From assembly GCA_027619375.1 (NCBI GenBank), contig JAQCFL010000002.1:1663-65662 (forward strand): a stretch of DNA of 64,000 nt, written 5' to 3'. The notes under the pieces are model-generated. The model searched no databases. It was not told the origin of the DNA and saw only the letters and a list, made by a program, of their open reading frames with translations. The stretch is from Verrucomicrobiota bacterium (GTDB lineage Bacteria; Verrucomicrobiota; Verrucomicrobiia; Verrucomicrobiales; Akkermansiaceae). Position numbers and translations under genes: made by a program. Of the stretch, positions 17,397 to 24,966 are shown piece by piece. Position 1 is the first letter of the stretch, and every line of letters starts with the position of its first letter.

Positions 17397-18362
17397 ATGC
17401 GAACGCTGACCGGTCTCCAACCCAGTGGAAGGGTACACGTGGGTAACTATTTCGGGGCGATGGAGCCTGCCGTGCAACTGCAGGAGGAGGGGGAGGCCTA
17501 TTACTTCATCGCGGACTACCACGCCATGACCAGCACGCACGATCCGGCCGAGCTGCGGCAAAATGTGCGGGATATGGCGATCGATTTTCTGGCTTGCGGT
17601 TTGGACCCGGAGAAGGCCTTGTTCTTCCGCCAGAGTGCGGTGCCGGAGGTCAATGAGCTGGCCTGGATCCTCTCCACGGTTTGTCCGATGGGCCTGTTGG
17701 ACCGCTGCCATTCCTACAAGGACAAGGTGGCGAAGGGGATCGCGGCGAGCCATGCGCTCTTTGCCTATCCCGTTCTGATGGCGGCGGACATCCTGCTCTA
17801 CGATTCCAACGTGGTCCCGGTGGGCGACGATCAGAAACAGCACCTCGAGGTGACCCGGGATTTGGTGATCAAGATCAACGGGCGTTTTGGCCCGGAGACC
17901 CTGGTGATGCCGGAGCCGCGGATCCGGGAGGGGGTGGCAAAGGTGCCGGGGCTGGACGGGCAGAAGATGAGCAAGAGCTACAACAACACCCTGCCGATTT
18001 TCGGGGACGAGAAGCCCTTGCGCAAAACGGTGATGCGGATCGTGACCGATTCCACGCCGGTGGAGGAGCCGAAGGCCACGGAAGGGTCGGTGATCCTCGA
18101 TCTCTATCGCTTGATGGCAAGCGAGTCGGACCATGCCGCGATGGTGGCGGATTACCAGTCCGGGGGGATGGGCTACGGCGACTTCAAGAAGCGGCTGTGG
18201 GAGGCCTATTGGGAGTATTTTGCGCCGATGCGGGAGAAGCGGGCGGCCTTAGTGGCCGATCCGGGCTATGTGGAGAGTGTGTTGGCGGCGGGGGCGGCGA
18301 AGGCGCGGGAGACAGCGGAGGCGACTCTGACGCGGGTGAGAAAGGCCGTGGGCTTGAGGTGA
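17397..18362 (+). CDS. trpS: Tryptophan--tRNA ligase
   Basis: 321 aa, class I aaRS. It has an N-terminal TGLQPSGRVHVGNYFG (HIGH-type) and KMSKS (GQKMSKSYNN). Overall length is typical of bacterial TrpRS. Confidence 0.93.
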   Translation: MRTLTGLQPSGRVHVGNYFGAMEPAVQLQEEGEAYYFIADYHAMTSTHDPAELRQNVRDMAIDFLACGLDPEKALFFRQSAVPEVNELAWILSTVCPMGLLDRCHSYKDKVAKGIAASHALFAYPVLMAADILLYDSNVVPVGDDQKQHLEVTRDLVIKINGRFGPETLVMPEPRIREGVAKVPGLDGQKMSKSYNNTLPIFGDEKPLRKTVMRIVTDSTPVEEPKATEGSVILDLYRLMASESDHAAMVADYQSGGMGYGDFKKRLWEAYWEYFAPMREKRAALVADPGYVESVLAAGAAKARETAEATLTRVRKAVGLR

Positions 18363-18703
18363 GTGCGGCGGGAAGACCTGAGACCTCCGGGCGTCGCTGG
18401 TTGGGCGCGGCGGTCTTGGGGACGCTTCTCATGGCGCTCGGGTCCTTGTTGCTGGTCGGGATCCACGTCCAGACCCGGGGCAATATGCGGGAGGTTCTGG
18501 TGGGAACGCATGGGCAGATTCGCACCGATGGCCAGCTGCGGGTCGTGAACGAGATCATGACCCGTGGTTTGATGATCAGCATCGGGGGATTGGGAGTGGT
18601 GGCGAGTGGGGTTATTCTCGCCTCGGTGGGGTTGGTGGGATTTTTTGTTCGTCGGCGGAAGGCCCGGAACGCACCTGTTTCCGGGGCGGTGGACCGACTT
18701 TGA
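18359..18703 (+). CDS. Hypothetical small membrane protein (start uncertain)
   Basis: This is the tail of ORF 17681..18703 in a frame that becomes free after trpS. A possible GTG at 18359 overlaps the trpS stop. There are two hydrophobic helices (WLGAAVLGTLLMALGSLLLVGI; LMISIGGLGVVASGVILASVGLVGFFV). No homology was recognised. Confidence 0.35.
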   Translation: MSAAGRPETSGRRWLGAAVLGTLLMALGSLLLVGIHVQTRGNMREVLVGTHGQIRTDGQLRVVNEIMTRGLMISIGGLGVVASGVILASVGLVGFFVRRRKARNAPVSGAVDRL

Positions 18704-18746
18704 GCCCGGTGGGGAACGGTTTCGATCAATCAATGGTCCATAGGGC

Positions 18747-18825
18747 GCGTTGGGAATTAACTCCCCCAAACTGCTGGTCCATTTGGCCAACACCTGCGTT
18801 GGCTTCCAGGTCGAATAGCCTGCTA
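18747..18825 (+). repeat. ~80-bp direct repeat, copy 2 (downstream of trpS unit)
   Basis: GCGTTGGGAATTAACTCCCCCAAACTGCTGGTCCATTTGGCCAACACCTGCGTTGGCTTCCAGGTCGAATAGCCTGCT. It has the same orientation as 17147..17226. Confidence 0.7.
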
Positions 18826-18984
18826 TACTCGCTGAAATCCGCCTTGATGCTGACCAAAGATCCTGCGCATCTTCGAATGACTTATCTCTTAACGAGCCCT
18901 AAGACCTCTTGCGGGCTTTATCTTTTCGGTTTGACCTTGCTGAAATGGTGTTAGACAGTTCGGAGGAATCAACGAACAGGAGGA

Positions 18985-19203
18985 TTGGTGGATAGCGACT
19001 TATTGCATACGGAGAAGATTCTTGCGGACCGGAAAGTGTTCTTTTTGGACCTGAAAGAAAATCAGCGGGGCCGGGTGGTGAAGATCACTGAGGATGTGGG
19101 AGGCAATCGTGATACGATCATGGTTCCTGCCGAGATCCTTGGGGATTTCATTGCGGCCTTGCAGGATATTCAGGCGACGTCCGAAGCAACCGAGCAGGCC
19201 TGA
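18985..19203 (+). CDS. Single-repeat PUR-alpha-like (PurA/DUF3276-type) ssDNA/RNA-binding protein
   Basis: 72 aa with a TTG start after AGGAGG. LHTEKILADRKVFFLDLKENQRGRVVKITEDVGGNRDTIMVPAEILGDFIAAL matches the PUR-repeat consensus ([20 protein letters not shown]...) as I remember it. Confidence 0.7.
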   Translation: MVDSDLLHTEKILADRKVFFLDLKENQRGRVVKITEDVGGNRDTIMVPAEILGDFIAALQDIQATSEATEQA

Positions 19204-19282
19204 AGAGGTCTGATTGGAGAATCGGCAGTAACGCCCCTGGGGGCGCGGCGGTGGAGGTGCGTACGAGGCGCCAGGGTTCCGG

Positions 19283-19732
19283 TCAGCGGATTTGGCGCCA
19301 GGCCTCGTAGAGAACGATGGCGGCGGAGGTGGCGACGTTGAGTGACCGGGTGCTGGATTCCAGCATGGGGATGCGGAGGGTTTGGGCGGAGTGTTCGCGG
19401 AGGAGTGATTCTGGAAGTCCGCGGGACTCTGGACCGAAGACGAAGAAGTCGCCTTCCTGGAAGGTGGGGTCCCAATGGGAGGCGCTGGCCTTCGTGCTGA
19501 GGAACCAGAAGCGGCTGTGCAGATGAGCCTCGCGGAGGGCGGGGAGGGAATCCCAGACCTGTAGGGGGACCTCCTTCCAGTAGTCGAGTCCGGCGCGGCG
19601 GACCTGCTTGTCCTCCAGGGAGAAGCCGAGGGGCTTGATGAGATGGAGGGTGGAGCCGGTGGCGAGGCAGAGGCGGCCGATGGAACCGGTGTTGTGGGGT
19701 ATTTCGGGGGCGAGGAGGACGACGTGGAACAT
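19283..19732 (-). CDS. trmL: tRNA (cytidine/uridine-2'-O-)-methyltransferase TrmL (SpoU/TrmH family)
   Basis: An internal ATG at 19732 gives MFHVVLLAPEIPHNTGSIGRLCLATGSTLHLIKPLGFSLEDKQVRRAGLDYW... and the C-terminal knot motif SLNVATSAAIVLYEA. The upstream 75 codons are Arg/Pro-rich and were rejected. Confidence 0.88.
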   Translation of the reverse strand: MFHVVLLAPEIPHNTGSIGRLCLATGSTLHLIKPLGFSLEDKQVRRAGLDYWKEVPLQVWDSLPALREAHLHSRFWFLSTKASASHWDPTFQEGDFFVFGPESRGLPESLLREHSAQTLRIPMLESSTRSLNVATSAAIVLYEAWRQIR

Positions 19733-19778
19733 GACGGGCTTGCGGGAAGGGTGTGCTTCAGGCCGCCATGGGGCGACG

Positions 19779-19806
19779 CAAAAACGGCGACCCGAGGGTC
19801 GCCGTT
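19779..19806 (-). terminator. Rho-independent terminator after rpmA
   Basis: The minus strand reads ACGGCGACCC-TC-GGGTCGCCGT followed by TTTTGCG. This is a 10-bp GC-rich stem plus T-tract, ~30 nt downstream of the rpmA stop. Confidence 0.6.
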
Positions 19807-19833
19807 CGAAAAATTGGAAGCGGGGTTCGCTTG

Positions 19834-20088
19834 TTAGTTGGCCTCGGCGAGGGCGACGTTGACGCGGCGGCCGTTGCGGTCGAAGAAGACATTGCCTTCC
19901 ACGAGGGCGAAGATGGTGTGGTCCTTGCCGATGCCGACGTTGGCGCCGGGGTGCCACTTGGTGCCACGCTGACGGAGGATGATGTTGCCGGGAATGACAA
20001 CTTCGCCGCCGAATTTTTTAACGCCGAGGCGCTTGCTGCGGGAATCGCGACCGTTTTTGACGGAACCTTGTCCTTTTTTGTGGGCCAT
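19834..20088 (-). CDS. rpmA: 50S ribosomal protein L27
   Basis: 84 aa: [52 protein letters not shown]..., the canonical L27 sequence. Confidence 0.95.
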   Translation of the reverse strand: MAHKKGQGSVKNGRDSRSKRLGVKKFGGEVVIPGNIILRQRGTKWHPGANVGIGKDHTIFALVEGNVFFDRNGRRVNVALAEAN

Positions 20089-20127
20089 ATCGAGAGTGTT
20101 GGGAAAGGGGTTGGAGTGATCGGTGGA

Positions 20128-20442
20128 TCAACCGGCGATACCGGTGATTTCGAGTTTGGTGAGGGAGCGGCGGAAGCCTTTCGTTTTGTGGTAGCCCTTG
20201 CGGCGTTTGAATTTGAAGGCGACGCCTTTTTTGCCGCGGAACTGATCGACGACCTTGGCGGTGACGGTGGCTCCATCGACGAAGGGTGTGCCCACCTTGG
20301 TGGCGGTGCCATCGTTGACGAGAAGGATCTCGACGAAGCGGATGTCGTCATCGACATCGACGGCGAGTTTCTCGACATCAATTTTGTCGCCTTCCTGCAC
20401 GCGGTATTGCTTACCGCCGGTTTTGATCACTGCGTAGGACAT
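20128..20442 (-). CDS. rplU: 50S ribosomal protein L21
   Basis: An internal ATG at 20442 gives MSYAVIKTGGKQYRVQEGDKIDVEKL...FKFKRRKGYHKTKGFRRSLTKLEI, canonical L21. It lies directly upstream of rpmA. Confidence 0.93.
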   Translation of the reverse strand: MSYAVIKTGGKQYRVQEGDKIDVEKLAVDVDDDIRFVEILLVNDGTATKVGTPFVDGATVTAKVVDQFRGKKGVAFKFKRRKGYHKTKGFRRSLTKLEITGIAG

Positions 20443-20569
20443 CGGAAAAGTGGATTGGGTGTGAGCCGACACCCAAAAGGGGCGAGGCGGGCGGGGAATT
20501 CACCACAGGGGCCCCGGCGGAGCAAGAAATTTTTGCAAATCTGGTGCGTCGTCTCCAGACTGCGGGTCG

Positions 20570-20992
20570 ATGGACGGAGAATGGGACTACGGGACACCGG
20601 AAGAAATGCATGCGTTGGGGCGGCAAATAGGGGCTGATTTGCGCCCAGGGGCCTGTTTGGGGCTGTGCGGACCGCTCGGGGCGGGGAAGACCCAGTTGGT
20701 AAAAGGTTTGGCGGTGGGACTGGGATATCCCGGGGAGGTGACCAGTCCGACCTTTTCCCTGCTCCATGAATATCGGGGGGGACGGGAGGCCCTGTTCCAC
20801 TTGGACTTCTACCGCGTGGAAACGGAGGGCGAGCTGATCGATCTCGGGTGGGATGAGCTCCTGGAGGAGGGCGTGGTGGTGGCGGAATGGGCGGACAAGT
20901 TTCCCGGAGTGCTCCCGCCAGAAACGCGCATGATCCGGATCGAGCATCTGGAGGGTGGCGGGCGGAGGGTGCGGGAAGGGGTTGCCGACTAG
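20570..20992 (+). CDS. tsaE: tRNA threonylcarbamoyladenosine biosynthesis ATPase TsaE
   Basis: 140 aa with P-loop LCGPLGAGKTQLVKG, then SPTFSLLHEY and HLDFYR, typical of TsaE/YjeE. Confidence 0.85.
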   Translation: MDGEWDYGTPEEMHALGRQIGADLRPGACLGLCGPLGAGKTQLVKGLAVGLGYPGEVTSPTFSLLHEYRGGREALFHLDFYRVETEGELIDLGWDELLEEGVVVAEWADKFPGVLPPETRMIRIEHLEGGGRRVREGVAD

Positions 20993-21053
20993 GCCGAATG
21001 GCACGCGGTTAGTTGGACTAGCGATATCGGGGTGGTGCAGGCACGACCGTCCC

Positions 21054-21563
21054 CTACCTGACGATGCTGCCGCCGGGCCCCGAGGAACTGTTTCCCGGAC
21101 AATCCGTGGAGAGCTCGTTTCGCGGGGCAGGAAGGGTTCCGGAGGGGAGGGGCGCTTGGTGGTCCCGCTCGGAGCGCCTTCGGTGCCCGCCACAAGAGAC
21201 AGGTTCGCCGCAGTGGCGGCAGTCGTAGGCGCTTGTGCCGAGAATCTGGAGGGCGGTGTGTAGGCGATAGCTGCCGAGGAAGCGGGAGGCATCGGGGTGT
21301 TTGGCACAGGAGGTGCGCTCGAGAAGCGGTGCCGAGCAGACCGTACAGCGGGATTGGCCGGCCTCGGCCAAATGGAGAAGGGCGAAGGCGATCCAACCGA
21401 TAAAGACGGTTCCGGCCAGGCCTAGCCAGCGGGGATCGTCCTGGGCCAGGGCGACAATGGCCAAGGTGAAGATTGCGAGAAGGGTGAGAAAACGACCGAC
21501 GTGAAGGAGGGCAACGAGCCTCAAGTGGACAGGGTCGCGATGGGATGGCGGGGTGGGAGCCAT
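21054..21563 (-). CDS. Hypothetical membrane protein with CxxC...CxxC zinc-ribbon-like tail
   Basis: 169 aa with two hydrophobic helices (FLTLLAIFTLAIVALA; LAGTVFIGWIAFALLHL), then CTVC...CRHC. No family was recognised. Confidence 0.5.
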   Translation of the reverse strand: MAPTPPSHRDPVHLRLVALLHVGRFLTLLAIFTLAIVALAQDDPRWLGLAGTVFIGWIAFALLHLAEAGQSRCTVCSAPLLERTSCAKHPDASRFLGSYRLHTALQILGTSAYDCRHCGEPVSCGGHRRRSERDHQAPLPSGTLPAPRNELSTDCPGNSSSGPGGSIVR

Positions 21564-21610
21564 TCGGGAAATCTATAATATTAAGATTCCCAAATCAAGC
21601 AAATAGGGGG

Positions 21611-21793
21611 TTACTCCGTGGCTGGAGCGGAAAATGTTGGGGCAGGAAGACACTGCGGAACATCGGTCCAGAGGGTCTCGGTGGTATTTAGGCCGAAGGT
21701 TCGTCCGGCGGATTGGAGCAGGCGCCCCGGGGTCTGCAGCAAGGCGCAAGAGTTCAGCAAGGGAATCGCGAGAAGGAGAAGAAGCGCTTTCAT
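21611..21793 (-). CDS. Small putative lipoprotein
   Basis: An internal ATG at 21793 gives MKALLLLLAIPLLNSC (lipobox). 60 aa with no homology recognised. Confidence 0.45.
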   Translation of the reverse strand: MKALLLLLAIPLLNSCALLQTPGRLLQSAGRTFGLNTTETLWTDVPQCLPAPTFSAPATE

Positions 21794-21849
21794 GGCGGGG
21801 AGAATAGGGGGAGGGAGGGCCGCGTCAATGGCGGGCAGGGCCCCACATT

Positions 21850-22452
21850 CTATCCCTGATCGTCGTTCAGGGCGGCGATCCGCTTCAAGCATTCGTCCTT
21901 GCCGGAGGCGAGGACCTGGCCATCCGGGGAGAGGAGGAGGTACTCGGGGACGAAGTCACCGGCGAACTTCTCGAGGTCGGCTCCCTCGAGTTTGGAGGAC
22001 AGGACGGTGAGCCAGGGGAAGCCCTCCTTTTTGGCCCAGCTGAGGGCAGCGGCTTCCTGCTCGTCGTAGCTGACGTGGATCATGGCGACCTTCGTGCTGT
22101 CGGCGAGGTGCTCTTTGTAGGACTCCACCAACTGTGGAGCAGCAGCGCGGCAGGGGCCTCACCAACTGGCCGAGTAGTAAACAAAGAAGGCCTCGGGGGT
22201 GAACTGGAGGTTTGCCGGCTTGAAGACCTCGCCCTCCAAGCGGACCGTATTGCCAAGCAATTTGGCCCCGATGCCCTGGGTTTCACCGGCCGCAGGGGTT
22301 TCGGGAGCGGCTGTCGGCGGGGCGGGATCCGCCGTGGGATCCGAGGGAGTAGTTGGCTCCTCGGCGGACTGGGCGGCCTTTTTCTGCCCGGAATCACAGC
22401 TGGCCAGAAGGCCGAGGACGAGGAGGAGGAAGGGAATGAGGATGGTCTTCAT
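21850..22452 (-). CDS. TlpA/ResA-like thioredoxin-fold lipoprotein with in-frame TGA (candidate selenocysteine) in the redox motif
   Basis: The tail of ORF 22159..23955 and ORF 21850..22131 are in the same frame, separated only by the TGA at 22161-22159. The joined product is MKTILIPFLLLVLGLLASC (lipobox) ...EAFFVYYSASW[TGA]GPCRAAAPQLVESYKEHL..., so the TGA sits at the first Cys of W-C-x-x-C. Confidence 0.6.
22123..22139 (-). promoter_or_regulatory. Candidate bacterial SECIS-like hairpin downstream of the in-frame TGA
   Basis: The minus strand reads CTCCAC-AGTTG-GTGGAG, a 6-bp stem with a 5-nt G/U-containing loop. It starts 19 nt after the TGA, which is roughly the spacing expected for bSECIS elements. 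It is short, so the evidence is weak. Confidence 0.35.
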
Positions 22453-22632
22453 GACTGGGGAAACGCGGTGCGGAAGGGGGAACTGCTTTCGACTGAGAGT
22501 TATGGAGAGCGGGAATATTCCCCGAAGCCCTCCGACGGGGTGGAGCATAGGACGTTTCGGCGAGCTGGCAAAGAGAAGCACGGGCAAATTCGCTCGCGGG
22601 GGACGGGCTGCTTGTGTTGGATGGGGGGAACA

Positions 22633-23895
22633 ATGAAGGAACAACTCTTGCAAAGCCCGGTCTTCCACATGGCGGCCACACAGTTCGAACGGGTCGCGGA
22701 TTTCCTGGAGCTGGGCGAGGAGATCCGGGAGCGCTGCAAGTGGCCGAAGCGCCTGATCACGGTGACCATGCCGGTGCGGATGGATGACGGGCGCACGGAG
22801 GTCTTCTTCGGGCATCGGGTGCAACACCATCTTTCCCGGGGTCCGGTCAAGGGCGGCCTGCGCTATCATCCCTCGGTGGACCTCGGCGAGGTCGCGGCGT
22901 TGGCGATGTGGATGAATTGGAAGTGTGCGCTGATGCGGTTGCCGTACGGGGGGGCGAAGGGAGGCATCGCCTGCAATCCACGCGCGATGAGCGACGGGGA
23001 AAAGGAGCGTCTGACGCGGCGTTTTGCGATGGAAATGCTCCCGTTCATCGGGGAGGAGGTCGATGTGATGGCACCGGACATGGGGACCGACGAGCAGACC
23101 ATGGCGTGGATTGTGGATGTCTATTCGACCTACGCGGGGCACCTCGTTCCGGGCATTGTGACGGGGAAACCATTGGAGCTGCAGGGCTCCGCAGGGCGCA
23201 AGGCGGCGACCGGCCACGGGGTGGCCTTTTTGGCGAGCAGGGCCTTGAACAAGCTGGGCATCCAGGCGCCGGGGGCGACTGCGGTGATTCAAGGCTTTGG
23301 CAACGTGGGCTATTACACGGCGGAAACGATGAGCGGTTACGGAATCAAGGTCAATGGGATCTCCGACGTGACCGGGGCGATCTGGAATGATGGGGGACTG
23401 GAGATCCGGGCGCTGCACAATCATGTGCTGGAGACCGGCGGGGTGGCGGGATTCGGGGAAGCGGAGGCCATTGATCCCGGGGCGCTCCTCATGCAGGAAT
23501 GCGATGTGCTGGTGCCGGCGGCGGTGGAGCGGGTCATCACCAAGGACAATGCATCCGGTTTGCGATGCCGGGTCCTGGCGGAGGCGGCGAACGGACCGAC
23601 CACCCCGGAGGCCGATGCGATCATTGAAGAGCGGGGGGACATCTACCTGATCCCGGATGTTCTTTGTAACGCGGGGGGGGTCACGGTGTCCTACTTTGAG
23701 TGGGTGCAGAATCTGCAACGTTTCCAATGGGATGAGCGGGAGGTGTTGACCAAGTTGGAAACGATGCTGGAGGGGGCTTTCGAACGTTTTCAGCAATACG
23801 TGCGTGCCGAGAAGGTGTCTCATCGGATGGCTGCGTTGTTTCTGGGGATCCAGGAGGTGGCGCGGGTGAAACAAGTGCGGGGGTTGTTTCCATGA
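22633..23895 (+). CDS. gdhA: Glutamate dehydrogenase (Glu/Leu/Phe/Val dehydrogenase family)
   Basis: ATG at 22633 (alternative 22621) inside ORF 22075..23895. Motifs are KGGLRYHP, LPYGGAKGG (catalytic Lys region) and the Rossmann loop QGFGNVG. The upstream part of the ORF is antisense to the thioredoxin-like gene. Confidence 0.9.
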   Translation: MKEQLLQSPVFHMAATQFERVADFLELGEEIRERCKWPKRLITVTMPVRMDDGRTEVFFGHRVQHHLSRGPVKGGLRYHPSVDLGEVAALAMWMNWKCALMRLPYGGAKGGIACNPRAMSDGEKERLTRRFAMEMLPFIGEEVDVMAPDMGTDEQTMAWIVDVYSTYAGHLVPGIVTGKPLELQGSAGRKAATGHGVAFLASRALNKLGIQAPGATAVIQGFGNVGYYTAETMSGYGIKVNGISDVTGAIWNDGGLEIRALHNHVLETGGVAGFGEAEAIDPGALLMQECDVLVPAAVERVITKDNASGLRCRVLAEAANGPTTPEADAIIEERGDIYLIPDVLCNAGGVTVSYFEWVQNLQRFQWDEREVLTKLETMLEGAFERFQQYVRAEKVSHRMAALFLGIQEVARVKQVRGLFP

Positions 23896-24902
23896 GCGAG
23901 GCCATATCGAAACATCCCGGGGGAAGGGAGGTGCGCTTTTCGCGCTTTGGACCACCTGAGGAGGTCCTGGAAATCGGGGAACGGGAATTGCCGGAACCTA
24001 CTTCTGGACAAGCTCTTGTGCGGCTGCTGGCCAGCCCGGTGAATCCGGCCGACCTGAACATCGTGGAAGGCGTCTATGGGGTTCGACCGGAGCTGCCGGC
24101 CGTGCCCGGGATGGAGGGCTGCGGGGAGGTACTGCGCTGTCCCGGCGGGGAATTGGCGGTGGGTTCGCGGGTCATTTTTCTGCGCAAAGGGGGGGCCTGG
24201 GCGGAGGAGATGGTTTTGCCGACGGAGGATCTGATCGCGGTGCCGGAGGCCATCGATCCGGTGCAGGCGGCGATGCTGGGGGTGAATCCGCTGACGGCGC
24301 TGCGGCTCCTGGAGGGCTTTGTCGATCTGAAGCCCGGCGATTGGATCGTCCAGAATGCGGCCAACTCGAATGTGGGGCGTTGTGTCATCCAGCTGGCCCG
24401 GGAGCGGGGCGTATCTACGGTGAACCTCGTACGTCGGGAGAGCCTGCGGGAGGAGCTGCTGGGATTGGGGGCGAGCGTGGTCTTGTTGGATGATGAGGAA
24501 ATGGTGGCCAAGGCCCTGGAGGCCACGGGAGGCCGGCGTCCGGTGCTGGCCTTGAACGCGGTGGGCGGGGACAGCGCCCTGCGCCAGATGGATTTTCTGG
24601 AGCGGCGGGGGAGCCACGTCACCTATGGGGCGATGAGTCGGCAGAGCCTGAAGGTGCCGAACAAGTTCGTGATCTTCAAGGAGCTGACCATCACCGGATT
24701 CTGGATCACCAAGTGGCTGGAGGAGAGTGCCCGGGCGAAAATCGAGGAGTCCTATGTCCTTCTTTCCCAATTCGTCGTGGAGGGAAAGCTGGAGCAGGCG
24801 GTGGATGGAAGCTATCCGCTGGAGGAAGTCCGGGCGGCGTGTCGGCGGGCCGGGGAAGAGGGGCGGGGGGGGAAGGTGATCCTGGTTCCTCGAAGGGGTT
24901 GA
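23892..24902 (+). CDS. MDR-family zinc-independent enoyl reductase / quinone oxidoreductase-like protein
   Basis: 336 aa with the pattern LASPVNPADLNIVEGVYG...PGMEGCGEV and the nucleotide loop VQNAANSNVGRCVIQLA. It resembles 2-enoyl thioester reductase (MECR/Etr1)-type MDRs. There is an ATGA overlap with gdh at 23892-23895. Confidence 0.8.
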   Translation: MSEAISKHPGGREVRFSRFGPPEEVLEIGERELPEPTSGQALVRLLASPVNPADLNIVEGVYGVRPELPAVPGMEGCGEVLRCPGGELAVGSRVIFLRKGGAWAEEMVLPTEDLIAVPEAIDPVQAAMLGVNPLTALRLLEGFVDLKPGDWIVQNAANSNVGRCVIQLARERGVSTVNLVRRESLREELLGLGASVVLLDDEEMVAKALEATGGRRPVLALNAVGGDSALRQMDFLERRGSHVTYGAMSRQSLKVPNKFVIFKELTITGFWITKWLEESARAKIEESYVLLSQFVVEGKLEQAVDGSYPLEEVRAACRRAGEEGRGGKVILVPRRG

Positions 24903-24966
24903 GGGAGGGGAGAACCCGGCGGGAGGGCACCAAGTCGGTGGAAGGATGAGGCGCGCTTGAGCCTGC

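Noticed and set aside
21850-22131. Treating the 93-aa TTG-start ORF as an independent gene and the upstream 97 codons as a separate small lipoprotein
   Set aside because: The two pieces are in the same frame and together form one complete thioredoxin fold split exactly at the redox Cys codon. Readthrough as Sec, or a point pseudogene, explains this better. The split-gene alternative is kept as the refutation case in the finding.
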